Positions 1 through 8,660 are shown, counted from the stretch's first letter. The stretch is 40,860 nucleotides of DNA from a virus (IMGVR_UViG_3300037566_000018:1-40860); one strand, 5' to 3'. Made by a program: numbers and translations. The notes: a model not told the origin generated them from the sequence alone.

Positions 1-244
1 GACATGAAATAACAATATTATGGGGGTCTACTATTAATTTTTCCATTCCTTTTTCTAAACACTCTTTTACCGGTATTAAATGGTCGGCAGTTACAGTATT
101 GGGTTGACATTGAGTAACTCCAGAAATTGTAGGTACCATTTTACAAGAACACCACCAACATTTACTATCTACTTCATATAAGGTATCTCTTATACGTCTT
201 ATATGTTTTCGTTTAGAGCCTGTTACACCTCGTTGATATGACAT
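1..244 (-). CDS. HNH endonuclease (runs off window edge)
   Basis: Manual translation from the ATG at 244: MSYQRGVTGSKRKHIRRIRDTLYEVDSKCWWCSCKM...VTADHLIPVKE...DPHNIVISC. CxxC, DH(L/I)IP and N.V.SC form an HNH pattern. The start overlaps the upstream TAA. Confidence 0.8.
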   Translation of the reverse strand, partial: MSYQRGVTGSKRKHIRRIRDTLYEVDSKCWWCSCKMVPTISGVTQCQPNTVTADHLIPVKECLEKGMEKLIVDPHNIVISC

Positions 245-807
245 TAGTGGTGGTCCCTCAAGGGTTTTGGAATCTTTTCCAGTTTCTCCTTAATGAAATC
301 CCAATCATAAACTCCAAGCATCCCATTAGTATCAATACCTACATCCATTGACCGGGTACCAGCTAATTCAGGTACAGGTGCGTTATGAACATGACCATAA
401 AGATGGAATGAGCCATGGAATTGGCAATCCCACCTTAAAATAGGGTAATGAAATAGTATAACCTTATGCCCATCTATATTCAACCTTTTATAGTCTTGTA
501 TAGTCTCAAAATAATGTCCAATTTCTCGCATATAATTTGAGGTATCATGATTCCCTTTGATTAAATGTTTATGACCATTAAGCTGTTCGACCCATTTAGG
601 TGCGTATTTAGGTGGCCCAAAGGCTACATCCCCTAAATGATAAACAATATCTTCGGGCGAAATAACTCTGTTCCACATATCCACAATCCACTGATTCATT
701 TGCTCAACACTATCATTATCTCTTAAATGTTTGCCGCGAGAAGGGCAGTGCCTTAAGATATTTTTATGATTAAAATGTGTATCACTGGTAAAAAATAATT
801 TTGCCAT
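244..807 (-). CDS. Calcineurin-like metallophosphoesterase
   Basis: All five motifs present: SDTHFNH, HLGD, GNHD, HYP, GHVH. Confidence 0.93.
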   Translation of the reverse strand: MAKLFFTSDTHFNHKNILRHCPSRGKHLRDNDSVEQMNQWIVDMWNRVISPEDIVYHLGDVAFGPPKYAPKWVEQLNGHKHLIKGNHDTSNYMREIGHYFETIQDYKRLNIDGHKVILFHYPILRWDCQFHGSFHLYGHVHNAPVPELAGTRSMDVGIDTNGMLGVYDWDFIKEKLEKIPKPLRDHH

Positions 808-825
808 TAGTTCTCCTTATTGGTA

Positions 826-1062
826 TTATTCATTCTTATTAAAGCATTTGTCCATTCTATCTGTATGGGATTTTAGTATCTTCCTACATTCAGGACATTG
901 CCAAAAACCAACCCTTTCAGCCCCGCCCTTTTTCCACCATACAAGTTTACAAGTATGGCCCGGCTGAGAGTACTCAAATTCCTTAGGAAAGAGCACATCA
1001 ATTACCTTAAATAATCCTAGTACGCCGCCGCAAAACATTAGGGTTCCGATTAACTGTTCCAT
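826..1062 (-). CDS. Small protein with N-terminal TM helix and Cys/His (HxC, CPEC) motif
   Basis: Hydrophobic N-terminus; CPEC; RBS-like GGAG upstream. Confidence 0.55.
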   Translation of the reverse strand: MEQLIGTLMFCGGVLGLFKVIDVLFPKEFEYSQPGHTCKLVWWKKGGAERVGFWQCPECRKILKSHTDRMDKCFNKNE

Positions 1063-1117
1063 ATCTCATTCTCCACTTCATCACTCACCTTCTGCCCGCA
1101 GGCGTTGGTTAATTAAA

Positions 1118-1263
1118 GGAATGGGGCAGGGCGCTACTCCTGCTATCTGGCAGACCCATTTGAACTGCCGACTATGTTTATTTTTGCCGTTCAGGTCTTA
1201 ATCCGCAGTTCCACCTCTGCGTTAGGTTTTGTTAGCGTGTCTGCTTTCCACGCCGCCCATTCC
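1118..1263 (-). ncRNA. tRNA-like structured RNA with the anticodon arm replaced by a large insert
   Basis: Minus strand: GGAATGG/CCATTCC acceptor-like stem; D-like arm GCGTG-GAAAGCAGA-CACGC; T-like arm GCAGG-AGTAGCGC-CCTGC next to the 3' acceptor strand; internal hairpins CGCAG/CTGCG and GGCAG/CTGCC. GC-rich and intergenic. Confidence 0.6.
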
Positions 1264-1378
1264 ACCGCTACACCCATTAGGTGCAGGAGAAGAAGGGGTT
1301 AGTTACATGCTCCTGTGGCTATAGCTGCCGCTAAGTAATAAAGTCCTAAGAATATCCAAAACCCCGCCCATCCGTTCA

Positions 1379-1597
1379 TCACTCACCTTCCTTGTTGTTT
1401 GTGTTGCAGATAGTTTTAATATCCAAATCATCATGCAGGTATTTTTTGCCCCCACAAATCCATTCTTTTTCCTGTTGTTCCTTATGATTAACATACGCCG
1501 GGAAGCCAAAGCCAAAACAAAGCACGAAGAACAGAATTATAAAAATCCATTCATCATCTTTCATCACTCTTTCCCTTTCTTTCCTTAAATTAACCAT
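1379..1597 (-). CDS. Small membrane protein (true start probably near 1564-1567)
   Basis: TM segment WIFIILFFVLCFGFGFPAYV. Confidence 0.5.
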   Translation of the reverse strand: MVNLRKERERVMKDDEWIFIILFFVLCFGFGFPAYVNHKEQQEKEWICGGKKYLHDDLDIKTICNTNNKEGE

Positions 1598-1706
1598 CCT
1601 ATAAATAACTCAACACCTCTCATAAGGCAGAAAAAAAGAAATAAGGTCATAGCACATCTAGAAAAAACATAACCTGTTACCATTGTTAGTTTTAGTAAAC
1701 TCATTA

Positions 1707-1928
1707 CTAACCTTCCTTGTTATCTACGGCTATAAGCCTTTTATCGCCCCACGATATCTCTCCGCCCTCATCCCTTACAAGCATATAAACTAATTGAGCG
1801 ACCTCATTTGTAATGTCTTTCGGGGGCTTATTACCAACGCGCACTTTATTGCCGTTCTTATCAATTCGCATTGGCGCAAGTTGTATTGTTTTTGTTAAGG
1901 GCGAATACCCTATATCAATACTGCTCAT
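1707..1928 (-). CDS. Phage hypothetical protein
   Basis: ORF with RBS; SPLT...KDIT pattern recalled from small phage proteins. Confidence 0.6.
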   Translation of the reverse strand: MSSIDIGYSPLTKTIQLAPMRIDKNGNKVRVGNKPPKDITNEVAQLVYMLVRDEGGEISWGDKRLIAVDNKEG

Positions 1929-2077
1929 TTACTCTTTCCCTTTCGTGTTGGTGGTTGTGGACTCTATAATTTTGAAAGATATTCCCGTTTTTATTTGAAC
2001 AGAGTCACGCTCCAGATTTTCTTTTGTTAAATAATACTTCGGACAAACAGTCTTACTTCCGAAAAAGCTTACCCTAA

Positions 2078-2329
2078 CTACCATCCTACCCCCTCCATCA
2101 TCTTGATTATGTCGTCGATTGCTTGGTTGTAACCCTCAGTTTTAACCTGATTGAGACTATCCATCGCGTAGCTTTTTCTCATCCCCCTGATTTTTTCAAT
2201 CGTCTGGGCGGTGTTGTTGTAGTTCTCTGTGTACTTACCTTTTTTATTACGTTTCCAAATGGCCTCGTGGCAGCCTTTAACATTGTTGTGTAACCAAATC
2301 TTCCACCGCATTTTATCGCTCATTCTCAA
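2078..2329 (-). CDS. Phage hypothetical protein (start probably 2323)
   Basis: ORF in a packed operon; C-terminal GYNQAIDDI motif. Confidence 0.55.
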   Translation of the reverse strand: MRMSDKMRWKIWLHNNVKGCHEAIWKRNKKGKYTENYNNTAQTIEKIRGMRKSYAMDSLNQVKTEGYNQAIDDIIKMMEGVGW

Positions 2330-2481
2330 TCTCCCTGAATTAATTCCAAAACTTCATCTGGCTTAATGCCGTCCGGTGAAGAGGGAATCAGCTTTGCGAT
2401 ACAACGCTCAACCAAATCGGCATCACCTTTAGCGGCTGTCATAAACCTGCTGAACATTGCGTCAATCTTATCGTTCGTCAT
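2326..2481 (-). CDS. Small hypothetical protein (51 aa, not in ORF track)
   Basis: MTNDKIDAMFSRFMTAAKGDADLVERCIAKL...LIQGD*; fills the gap and overlaps both neighbours. Confidence 0.5.
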   Translation of the reverse strand: MTNDKIDAMFSRFMTAAKGDADLVERCIAKLIPSSPDGIKPDEVLELIQGD

Positions 2482-2887
2482 TCGCATTCTGCAACTCCCA
2501 TTGTTTCACGCATAGCCAGCAGTAGAGCCGGGCGAGGGGTTCCGTTGGTAGGTCGTTACTGCAAAAACTTTCAAACACCTCAAAATCAGGAATATATTCA
2601 ACGTGTGCGATTGAGCCGTTTCGGTCTGTATCAACGCACATATACCACCCCTCAACCTCAATGGCTTTCTGGGCGTCTATGGAGCGGGTGTATTGTGGAG
2701 AATAGAAGCTTTGTCTACCATCATCACTAAGAAAAACTTTTAGTCGTCCTGAAACATTGGTGTAACCTCTGTATCCCTTATGCTTGAAATTCAAAAGCCC
2801 CACCCGCGCATCAATCTCATCCAAATCCCCACCCTCGCGGATAAGTGTCTTGATATGCTCTAGCTCGGATATTTGGTTAGTGGTCAT
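2468..2887 (-). CDS. Phage ABA-sandwich/NinX-like protein
   Basis: PQYTRSIDA...W...TEPLARLYCWL resembles the P.YS.DI.AA / T.PLAIC.A.L pattern; start at 2887 after GGAG. Confidence 0.5.
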   Translation of the reverse strand: MTTNQISELEHIKTLIREGGDLDEIDARVGLLNFKHKGYRGYTNVSGRLKVFLSDDGRQSFYSPQYTRSIDAQKAIEVEGWYMCVDTDRNGSIAHVEYIPDFEVFESFCSNDLPTEPLARLYCWLCVKQWELQNANDER

Positions 2888-3362
2888 TTCTTTCTCCCCC
2901 ACAAGCGTTAAATAACGAATGCTCTGATTTATCTATGAGTTTATAAAATGGTGTTTGTGGGCGCATTCCACGTTTTCGGCAAGCCCATAAAATATCACCG
3001 TTCTCCGGGCTTTCCAGATATGCTTTCTTCAAATCGTTCAAGTCATCTAGCGTAAATTCCTCTTCATCCGCACAAGCCCAATAGAACAAATCGTTACAGT
3101 TGATATACATAGAAATTCCATCGTTATCAGAAATTCTTATCTTACCTTGAATAATAAAATCTTTAACGTCTTCTGGTAGCGCATCAATGTATCTTTTTAT
3201 ATCACCAGCCTTTCTTGTTAAACTGATAACAGCTTCGTTCCATCCATCCTGCCATTCGGTTCGCTTTTTGGTGACACCATTGTTCGTTACAGCCTTAGGA
3301 TAAATGCCCATATTTTCTGTAGCGATTTCAAGCGCTTTTAACTCCAGATAATCGTCCATCAC
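2877..3362 (-). CDS. Conserved phage hypothetical protein
   Basis: NCNDLFYWACAD.E and WACRKRGMRPQ motifs. Confidence 0.65.
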   Translation of the reverse strand: MMDDYLELKALEIATENMGIYPKAVTNNGVTKKRTEWQDGWNEAVISLTRKAGDIKRYIDALPEDVKDFIIQGKIRISDNDGISMYINCNDLFYWACADEEEFTLDDLNDLKKAYLESPENGDILWACRKRGMRPQTPFYKLIDKSEHSLFNACGGERNDH

Positions 3363-4324
3363 TTCCTCACTATTGCGTAGTTTTGGGCGAGGTAATCTAG
3401 GACTTGACGCGCCACACTTTCAACCTCATTACCTTCTTCAAAGGAGCATACTTTATCATCAATTTCAGCCATCAAAATCTCAACATCCACCTCCTGCGGT
3501 TGCAGGGCTTGGCGCTTACGAAGGATAAATGACGCCACAGCAAATAGACTTTCGTAAATACCGTGCTTCTCTTGCCCTCGCTCAAATGCGTTTAACATTC
3601 CGTCACGCTCTTCTTCTGTGAAGATATAAGCCGCGCCCGTGTCTTGTTCTCTGTTAGCTTTTTCACAACGGCGCAAACTTGGCACGGTGGCACATAATTC
3701 ATCTTCGCCGTTACACGTTTCACAAGGCTTGTCTTGCATGTCACCAGACGCTATATCATAAATTTCTTGTATCTCATCTTGGCGCATTTCTTTTAACGTC
3801 GGTGTTACTGGCCCGTCCGCCGCCATTGCGCGATTATCCACCCCCTCAATAATTTCAGCTATTCTCTTTAGTTTAGTTTTGTCCTCATCCACATATTGCG
3901 TGCTACCTGTTAAAGCTTCTATAGCTTTTTCCACTTCATTGTGTATTTTTTCTTCCCAACTATCGGAAGGATAACCACCAGTGTTCAAATGAATATTACT
4001 CAATATTTTCAACGCCGCGCCCGTGTCTTGTGTTGGGGGTTGGTGGGGTTTTAGGCGGCCTTCTCTACACAATAAAACTATCTGGCATAACATTCTGCAA
4101 GTATGGTCATGGAAAGCAGCTTCTTCGCCATTGACCTTCTTAAATACTTTCAGGGCGTCTAGGGCTAGTTTTTCAATCTCACCCACATCCACAGCCTGCG
4201 TGTCGGCGCGGTATGCTTTGGTTATTACACCCAACGCCCAAAAAACATTACCAAAATCTAAGTCTTTAACTTGTTCTTCAGTGCTATCTGCTATAGCCAA
4301 AGCCGCTTTCACATCATCACTCAT
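3359..4324 (-). CDS. Modular/mosaic hypothetical protein
   Basis: 321-aa ORF; repeated QDTGAA and Q.VD linkers; CETC segment. Confidence 0.65.
   Translation of the reverse strand: MSDDVKAALAIADSTEEQVKDLDFGNVFWALGVITKAYRADTQAVDVGEIEKLALDALKVFKKVNGEEAAFHDHTCRMLCQIVLLCREGRLKPHQPPTQDTGAALKILSNIHLNTGGYPSDSWEEKIHNEVEKAIEALTGSTQYVDEDKTKLKRIAEIIEGVDNRAMAADGPVTPTLKEMRQDEIQEIYDIASGDMQDKPCETCNGEDELCATVPSLRRCEKANREQDTGAAYIFTEEERDGMLNAFERGQEKHGIYESLFAVASFILRKRQALQPQEVDVEILMAEIDDKVCSFEEGNEVESVARQVLDYLAQNYAIVRK
3630..4031. repeat. 18-bp exact direct repeat GCCGCGCCCGTGTCTTGT (3630-3647, 4014-4031)
   Basis: Read directly; encodes QDTGA on the minus strand. Confidence 0.9.
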
Positions 4325-4701
4325 TTCATCTTCTCCTCTATTGCTGTTATCAGGGCGCGGGTGTTTATTGCGTCACAAATTTTCTTTGCTGTATTTTTAT
4401 CACCGTGCGGAACGCCTAGCGTGCAAAGGGTTTTACCTTCACCATTCAGCCTATACATATCGACTTTACCTACAGATGGATTGTTGAGCGTGCTAACAAA
4501 CTCTGGCGACCACAGCCCGTTATCATCAGGCGTGGCTTGCTCTATAACGGCTTCGAGGGTGGCTTTAAGCAGCTTATATCTTTCGTATCTCGATACCTGC
4601 CCTTTTGTTTCAAAACCGCCTCTTGCTTTGTATGATAGCTCGTAGGCGTTAAGTTTATCACAGCACCACTCAAGCGCCTCTTTCAGCTTTTCAATCGTCA
4701 T
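4321..4701 (-). CDS. Phage hypothetical protein
   Basis: ORF with GGAG RBS and overlap with the next gene. Confidence 0.6.
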   Translation of the reverse strand: MTIEKLKEALEWCCDKLNAYELSYKARGGFETKGQVSRYERYKLLKATLEAVIEQATPDDNGLWSPEFVSTLNNPSVGKVDMYRLNGEGKTLCTLGVPHGDKNTAKKICDAINTRALITAIEEKMK

Positions 4702-4844
4702 TTTGTTGGCTCCTTATAATATGGATTATCTGCATCAGTTATTGGAATAGACCCAATTTCAATCCAGTTACCGCCACCTTCATGATAGTGAAGCTTCCAA
4801 GTTCCGTCTGGTTTTTCTAAAAATGCTAAATCCCAATATGTCAT
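4698..4844 (-). CDS. Small hypothetical protein (48 aa, not in ORF track)
   Basis: MTYWDLAFLEKPDGTWKLHYHEGGGNWIEIG...; overlaps both neighbours; GGAGG RBS. Confidence 0.55.
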   Translation of the reverse strand: MTYWDLAFLEKPDGTWKLHYHEGGGNWIEIGSIPITDADNPYYKEPTK

Positions 4845-5113
4845 CACTTCACCTCCCCGCCCTCTAGGGCTTGTTTTGCTATGCGCTTAATTTTTTGCAC
4901 CCGTTGCCCATATTGGTAAGGGTCATTAGCAATCTCTTTGAGCGCCGCCTCATACCACTCCACCCGTTCCAGTAGGGCTTGCAAATCATTACCATCTGTT
5001 TCTACAGGCTCGGACTCACCATTGCTGAAAATTAAATGAAGGCTCACAACCTCACGATTTGGATATTGATTTTTAGCCTCAACCAGCTTCCGTAGTGTTT
5101 CAAGTTCTGTCAT
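4844..5113 (-). CDS. Phage hypothetical protein
   Basis: ALKEIA...IAKQAL motif common in small phage proteins; RBS. Confidence 0.6.
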   Translation of the reverse strand: MTELETLRKLVEAKNQYPNREVVSLHLIFSNGESEPVETDGNDLQALLERVEWYEAALKEIANDPYQYGQRVQKIKRIAKQALEGGEVK

Positions 5114-5366
5114 TTTCCTGCTCCTCCTTCACAAGTTGCTGCGCCATTGCTTCCCAAATCGTTGCATCCGGTGGGTTATCATCAAACATTTCATCTTTCC
5201 TGTTTTCAGAAGCAAGTCGCATCCCCTCGCTAACATTCCCCCGTTGCAATCGGTCGGCTATGCGAAGGGCGGATTCAACCGCATCCAAATGGTCAAAATT
5301 AGGGTCAAAGTTATCTATATGACCGTTCTTTAATGCTTCCAGTGCTTTGCTATAGTCGTGGGTCAT
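5100..5366 (-). CDS. Phage hypothetical protein
   Basis: ORF with AGGAG RBS. Confidence 0.6.
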   Translation of the reverse strand: MTHDYSKALEALKNGHIDNFDPNFDHLDAVESALRIADRLQRGNVSEGMRLASENRKDEMFDDNPPDATIWEAMAQQLVKEEQENDRT

Positions 5367-5385
5367 TTTCCCTACTCCTTATATG

Positions 5386-5736
5386 TTAAGGCTTTTTCAT
5401 TCCTTTATAAACTTTTTCACAATATGCTAAAGTAAGACCCTCAATTTTTAAACCATAACCAGAACCACACTCTAACATTTCTTTTTGTAAGTATTTATTT
5501 GTATCAAAAATATCAAGCCACTCTTTGTTTTTTAATAACCATTCACATAAATAGTCATAATCTTCATCTGAAATAATAGGACTATCTTTTTCATAGTAGA
5601 GCCAAGAATGAAGACAATATTCTCTAATCCCTATATTAGCAATCTGAAGAATAGTTTTTCCTTCACCCTCTTTAATACATCTAATAATAGCGAAAGGTAA
5701 ATCTAACTCTTCTACATATGGTACATTTATACCCAT
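5386..5736 (-). CDS. Stand-alone NAD+-dependent DNA ligase subdomain Ia-like (Nlig-Ia) protein
   Basis: HSWLYYEKDSPIISDEDYDYL matches LigA Ia H.Y.YY..D.P.ISD..YD.L; no adenylation domain. Confidence 0.75.
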   Translation of the reverse strand: MGINVPYVEELDLPFAIIRCIKEGEGKTILQIANIGIREYCLHSWLYYEKDSPIISDEDYDYLCEWLLKNKEWLDIFDTNKYLQKEMLECGSGYGLKIEGLTLAYCEKVYKGMKKP

Positions 5737-5739
5737 TCA

Positions 5740-5937
5740 TTATCCTATTGGTTTAAAGGTTCTTCTACTAAATACAGGCTTTTCAAACGGGTCTTTCCCT
5801 AAACGTTGTCTTTCATAAATAGTTTCTACATCAGCATCTTTACTTGCTTCATGTAGTAAACCACTATTTGTATCAAAAGTCAAGGATAATTTTGACCCAT
5901 CTGGATATTTATTATGAATACTAACTTTGTAACTCAT
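5740..5937 (-). CDS. Hypothetical protein
   Basis: ORF overlapping the RNA ligase stop. Confidence 0.5.
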   Translation of the reverse strand: MSYKVSIHNKYPDGSKLSLTFDTNSGLLHEASKDADVETIYERQRLGKDPFEKPVFSRRTFKPIG

Positions 5938-6835
5938 TTATCTTTTCTCTAATATATAACATCCGTTCTTGCTCATCCATCTGCAAGAATTTTTCTTTAT
6001 CTGCTTCAAGATATGAGATAAGGGGTACATACTCTTCATCGAGCTTCTCGGCAAGCACACCGTCAGTAAGCCACTGCTCAAACTTTTCATCTTTCATCCT
6101 CCCTAAGAACTTAGTAGTTAGATAATAAGGTGTCTTCAACTTAAGTGTAGTTGTCTGACCATGGATAACAAAACCTTCGTGTTTTTGTTCCGGTAGAGAT
6201 TTAACAATATCTGAATAACGACCAACAAACCATTCAGGCCGTTTAACACCAAGTCCTTCTGCTAATTCGTCTAGAAACTCTTGGTCTTTCGTCTCTTCTC
6301 CATCCCAAAGAACTTCCCTTCCTTCTAAAAGGTAAAGACCCGGTTCCTCAGGAATAATATGAGGGTCCTTAGGATGGACAACTTCGAATAACCATGTCAT
6401 AAGCACTTGAGTATTATCATAGAAAGCTTTTAATTTAAGACCTAATTCATCAGTAACATAATCTAAGCCCATGCTTACATAATCACTATCAAGTGAGCCT
6501 GTTGTAGAAGGGAGAACTTTACCAACTTCGGGAACATAAGTAAGCGCAAACATAAAACCATTAATCTTACGTACTGCTGTTACAGTCTCATCTCGGTCAA
6601 TTTCAGTACCTCGTTCACCGCGATTATATATTTTACGGAAGGGCATAACAATAGGAGTATAATCCTCAGCAACCACCGTTCCTCGCATATTCTCTAGGAA
6701 CTCATCCCAAAGGTTATCATAAAATACTTTGTTTTTATATTTTAGTAGATAAAGACCTTCATACTTATCCCATTCTTTCTTTTGAACAAGATTAGAATTT
6801 TCTACATATTCTTTAACTGTTTTATTGTTTAACAT
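5921..6835 (-). CDS. T4 Rnl1-like RNA ligase
   Basis: KY..KVFYDNLW, RG.V, PF.KIYN; nucleotidyltransferase motifs I KINGF, III FEVVHP, IV EGFVI, V KLK. Confidence 0.88.
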   Translation of the reverse strand: MLNNKTVKEYVENSNLVQKKEWDKYEGLYLLKYKNKVFYDNLWDEFLENMRGTVVAEDYTPIVMPFRKIYNRGERGTEIDRDETVTAVRKINGFMFALTYVPEVGKVLPSTTGSLDSDYVSMGLDYVTDELGLKLKAFYDNTQVLMTWLFEVVHPKDPHIIPEEPGLYLLEGREVLWDGEETKDQEFLDELAEGLGVKRPEWFVGRYSDIVKSLPEQKHEGFVIHGQTTTLKLKTPYYLTTKFLGRMKDEKFEQWLTDGVLAEKLDEEYVPLISYLEADKEKFLQMDEQERMLYIREKINELQS

Positions 6836-6853
6836 CTTTTAATCTTTCCTCTA

Positions 6854-7084
6854 TCATTTCTTTCGTTTTTGATTTCTTAATATAAAATTATTTCTATGAT
6901 ATGTTCTACGAGCACGATTAGGAAAAATATTTCCTTCTAAATCTTCATACTCAAAATAAATGTACTCTTTATCAATCATCCCTATTCCTACAAATCTATA
7001 TCCTCGGTTGTCACACCAACGAATAATTCTATCTTCATCTCTATCAAGGCTCTTATTAACCAAAGGGGAAGATATTTCATACAT
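6854..7084 (-). CDS. Hypothetical protein
   Basis: ORF in operon with GGAG RBS. Confidence 0.55.
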   Translation of the reverse strand: MYEISSPLVNKSLDRDEDRIIRWCDNRGYRFVGIGMIDKEYIYFEYEDLEGNIFPNRARRTYHRNNFILRNQKRKK

Positions 7085-7086
7085 TT

Positions 7087-7479
7087 TTAAACTCCAATCA
7101 ATTTCGGTTTAATAATTTCTTTCAGGGGCATTAACACTAACTCGCTTGTATAACTATCCCCGCCATTCATAAGGGTGTCGGGACGATTTTCTCTATAATA
7201 TCTAACCATACCTCTCATAACAGGAGTAGGGAATAACAAGTAACAAAAAGGTTGATTTCCTACTATTAAAGCTTGTGCCCAATGGTCCGCTTCAGTAACT
7301 TCAATACCACTAGGTTTACCTCTAGAAGCATATTCAATAGCAATATTCCCTGTTTTTAGCCATATATCCCGTTCAGCCTTTACTTCTACGGTACCTCTTA
7401 GAGCTTCGAGAAGTTTATTTTCAATCTCTTGTCCATATCGTAAATCAAGGTCGAATTTTGAGTCGTTATTATTACTCAT
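7087..7479 (-). CDS. Putative PD-(D/E)XK nuclease-like phage protein
   Basis: FDLDL..G..E, VEVK, TGNIAIEY, SGI..TEAD.W. Confidence 0.65.
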   Translation of the reverse strand: MSNNNDSKFDLDLRYGQEIENKLLEALRGTVEVKAERDIWLKTGNIAIEYASRGKPSGIEVTEADHWAQALIVGNQPFCYLLFPTPVMRGMVRYYRENRPDTLMNGGDSYTSELVLMPLKEIIKPKLIGV

Positions 7480-7877
7480 TTATAAAAATCCTCTTCATAC
7501 CAATTCCGTTGAGAATGAATGGATATATTACGCTCCCATTTACCACTTGGTATTTTAGTCCTGCCTGTTAACGACTTCGCCCAAATATATACATAAGCTT
7601 CACCATATTTTGTTTGGACACTTTCTCGGTTATACATATTAAAAGGGGAATATTTATCTAAATACCCCTCTAGCATATCCAAGGCATTCAGTGTATGAGG
7701 ATTTATTTCATAAACTTCTACCTCAATCTCTCCATTACCACTTTTAATGGCAGGGAAAGCCCCTAGACTATACATCTCAAAGCCAGTTAATATGTCTGTG
7801 CCCAGGTAATCGCTATCATTAAGCAATCTATTATTACTAAAGCCTTTTCTCAATGTTCCGTATACTGCTACTTTCAT
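7476..7877 (-). CDS. Gamma-glutamylcyclotransferase (GGCT/AIG2-like)
   Basis: VYGTLRKG..N..L, FP, EVYE, LD.LEG (catalytic Glu), Y.R. Confidence 0.92.
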   Translation of the reverse strand: MKVAVYGTLRKGFSNNRLLNDSDYLGTDILTGFEMYSLGAFPAIKSGNGEIEVEVYEINPHTLNALDMLEGYLDKYSPFNMYNRESVQTKYGEAYVYIWAKSLTGRTKIPSGKWERNISIHSQRNWYEEDFYK

Positions 7878-8413
7878 AAACTTTCTTCGTAAATCGTTCC
7901 CTCATTAACTAACTCATCTTCAACAGGTCTATATTGTTTAAAAGATATTTCCATAAAGGGGAACCCTTCTTCAGGTGTAGTTTTATTTATTTGCCTTATT
8001 CTAGATTTTATCTTCTCGTTAGTTATATACCTTTGTCTCATTTTGTCAAGAGTTTTCTCCGGTACACTATGAACATTTTCAAAATTACCTAGGCACTCGA
8101 TAATCTCAACATCACATTTAATAGCCTTGGCCATTTTTAAATATCGCTCTATTTCAAACCATTGAGTAAAAGTATTAGCAACATATACGTTAAGTCCGTG
8201 GCGAAGTCGGTAAGCGGCATTAGATAAACACCACATATGGGCATATTCCATATGTTTAGCTATCCAATTATACTCGCCCCTACCTTCACCCGCAGGAGTT
8301 ACATGGAAATCATCAGCCTCAAGTACTACTGATTGTGAAGGTTTCATTTGCTTAAGTGCCCACGTAGTTTTACCAGAACCGGGTAATCCTCTTACTATAT
8401 ACAATTTACTCAT
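7874..8413 (-). CDS. P-loop polynucleotide kinase-like (AAA_33) protein
   Basis: Walker A GLPGSGKTTWA; ADDF, NTF, NVHSVP motifs. Confidence 0.85.
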   Translation of the reverse strand: MSKLYIVRGLPGSGKTTWALKQMKPSQSVVLEADDFHVTPAGEGRGEYNWIAKHMEYAHMWCLSNAAYRLRHGLNVYVANTFTQWFEIERYLKMAKAIKCDVEIIECLGNFENVHSVPEKTLDKMRQRYITNEKIKSRIRQINKTTPEEGFPFMEISFKQYRPVEDELVNEGTIYEESL

Positions 8414-8432
8414 AATGCCAAGCCCCCCCCTC

Positions 8433-8660
8433 TTAAGAAGTAAAGTTCACACCACAGTTATGGAAAAATGCCCCATACGTTGCAGCAATAAAACATGCCA
8501 AAAACCCACAGCCAAAAATAATAAAGAAGGCTATCTCAATAATAGAATAGATTTCTTTTTTATGAACTTGTTTAGTTTCTTTAGGTACCAACATGTACCC
8601 CATATCTGCGGTAGTTTGTACCCATTCTTCTACTGTTAATTTCTTTTCTTTCTTACTCAT
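8433..8660 (-). CDS. Small membrane protein
   Basis: C-terminal hydrophobic helix. Confidence 0.55.
   Translation of the reverse strand: MSKKEKKLTVEEWVQTTADMGYMLVPKETKQVHKKEIYSIIEIAFFIIFGCGFLACFIAATYGAFFHNCGVNFTS

Noticed and set aside
1118-1263. tmRNA or ordinary tRNA (insert contains GCA-AAA...TAG reading AKINIVGSSNGSAR*)
   Set aside because: No G3:U70 alanine identity, far too short for tmRNA, tag lacks a hydrophobic AA end, and no 7-nt anticodon loop
8423-8430. C8 homopolymer in the kinase RBS as a phase-variation switch
   Set aside because: A single short tract explained by a G-rich SD; no evidence of variation
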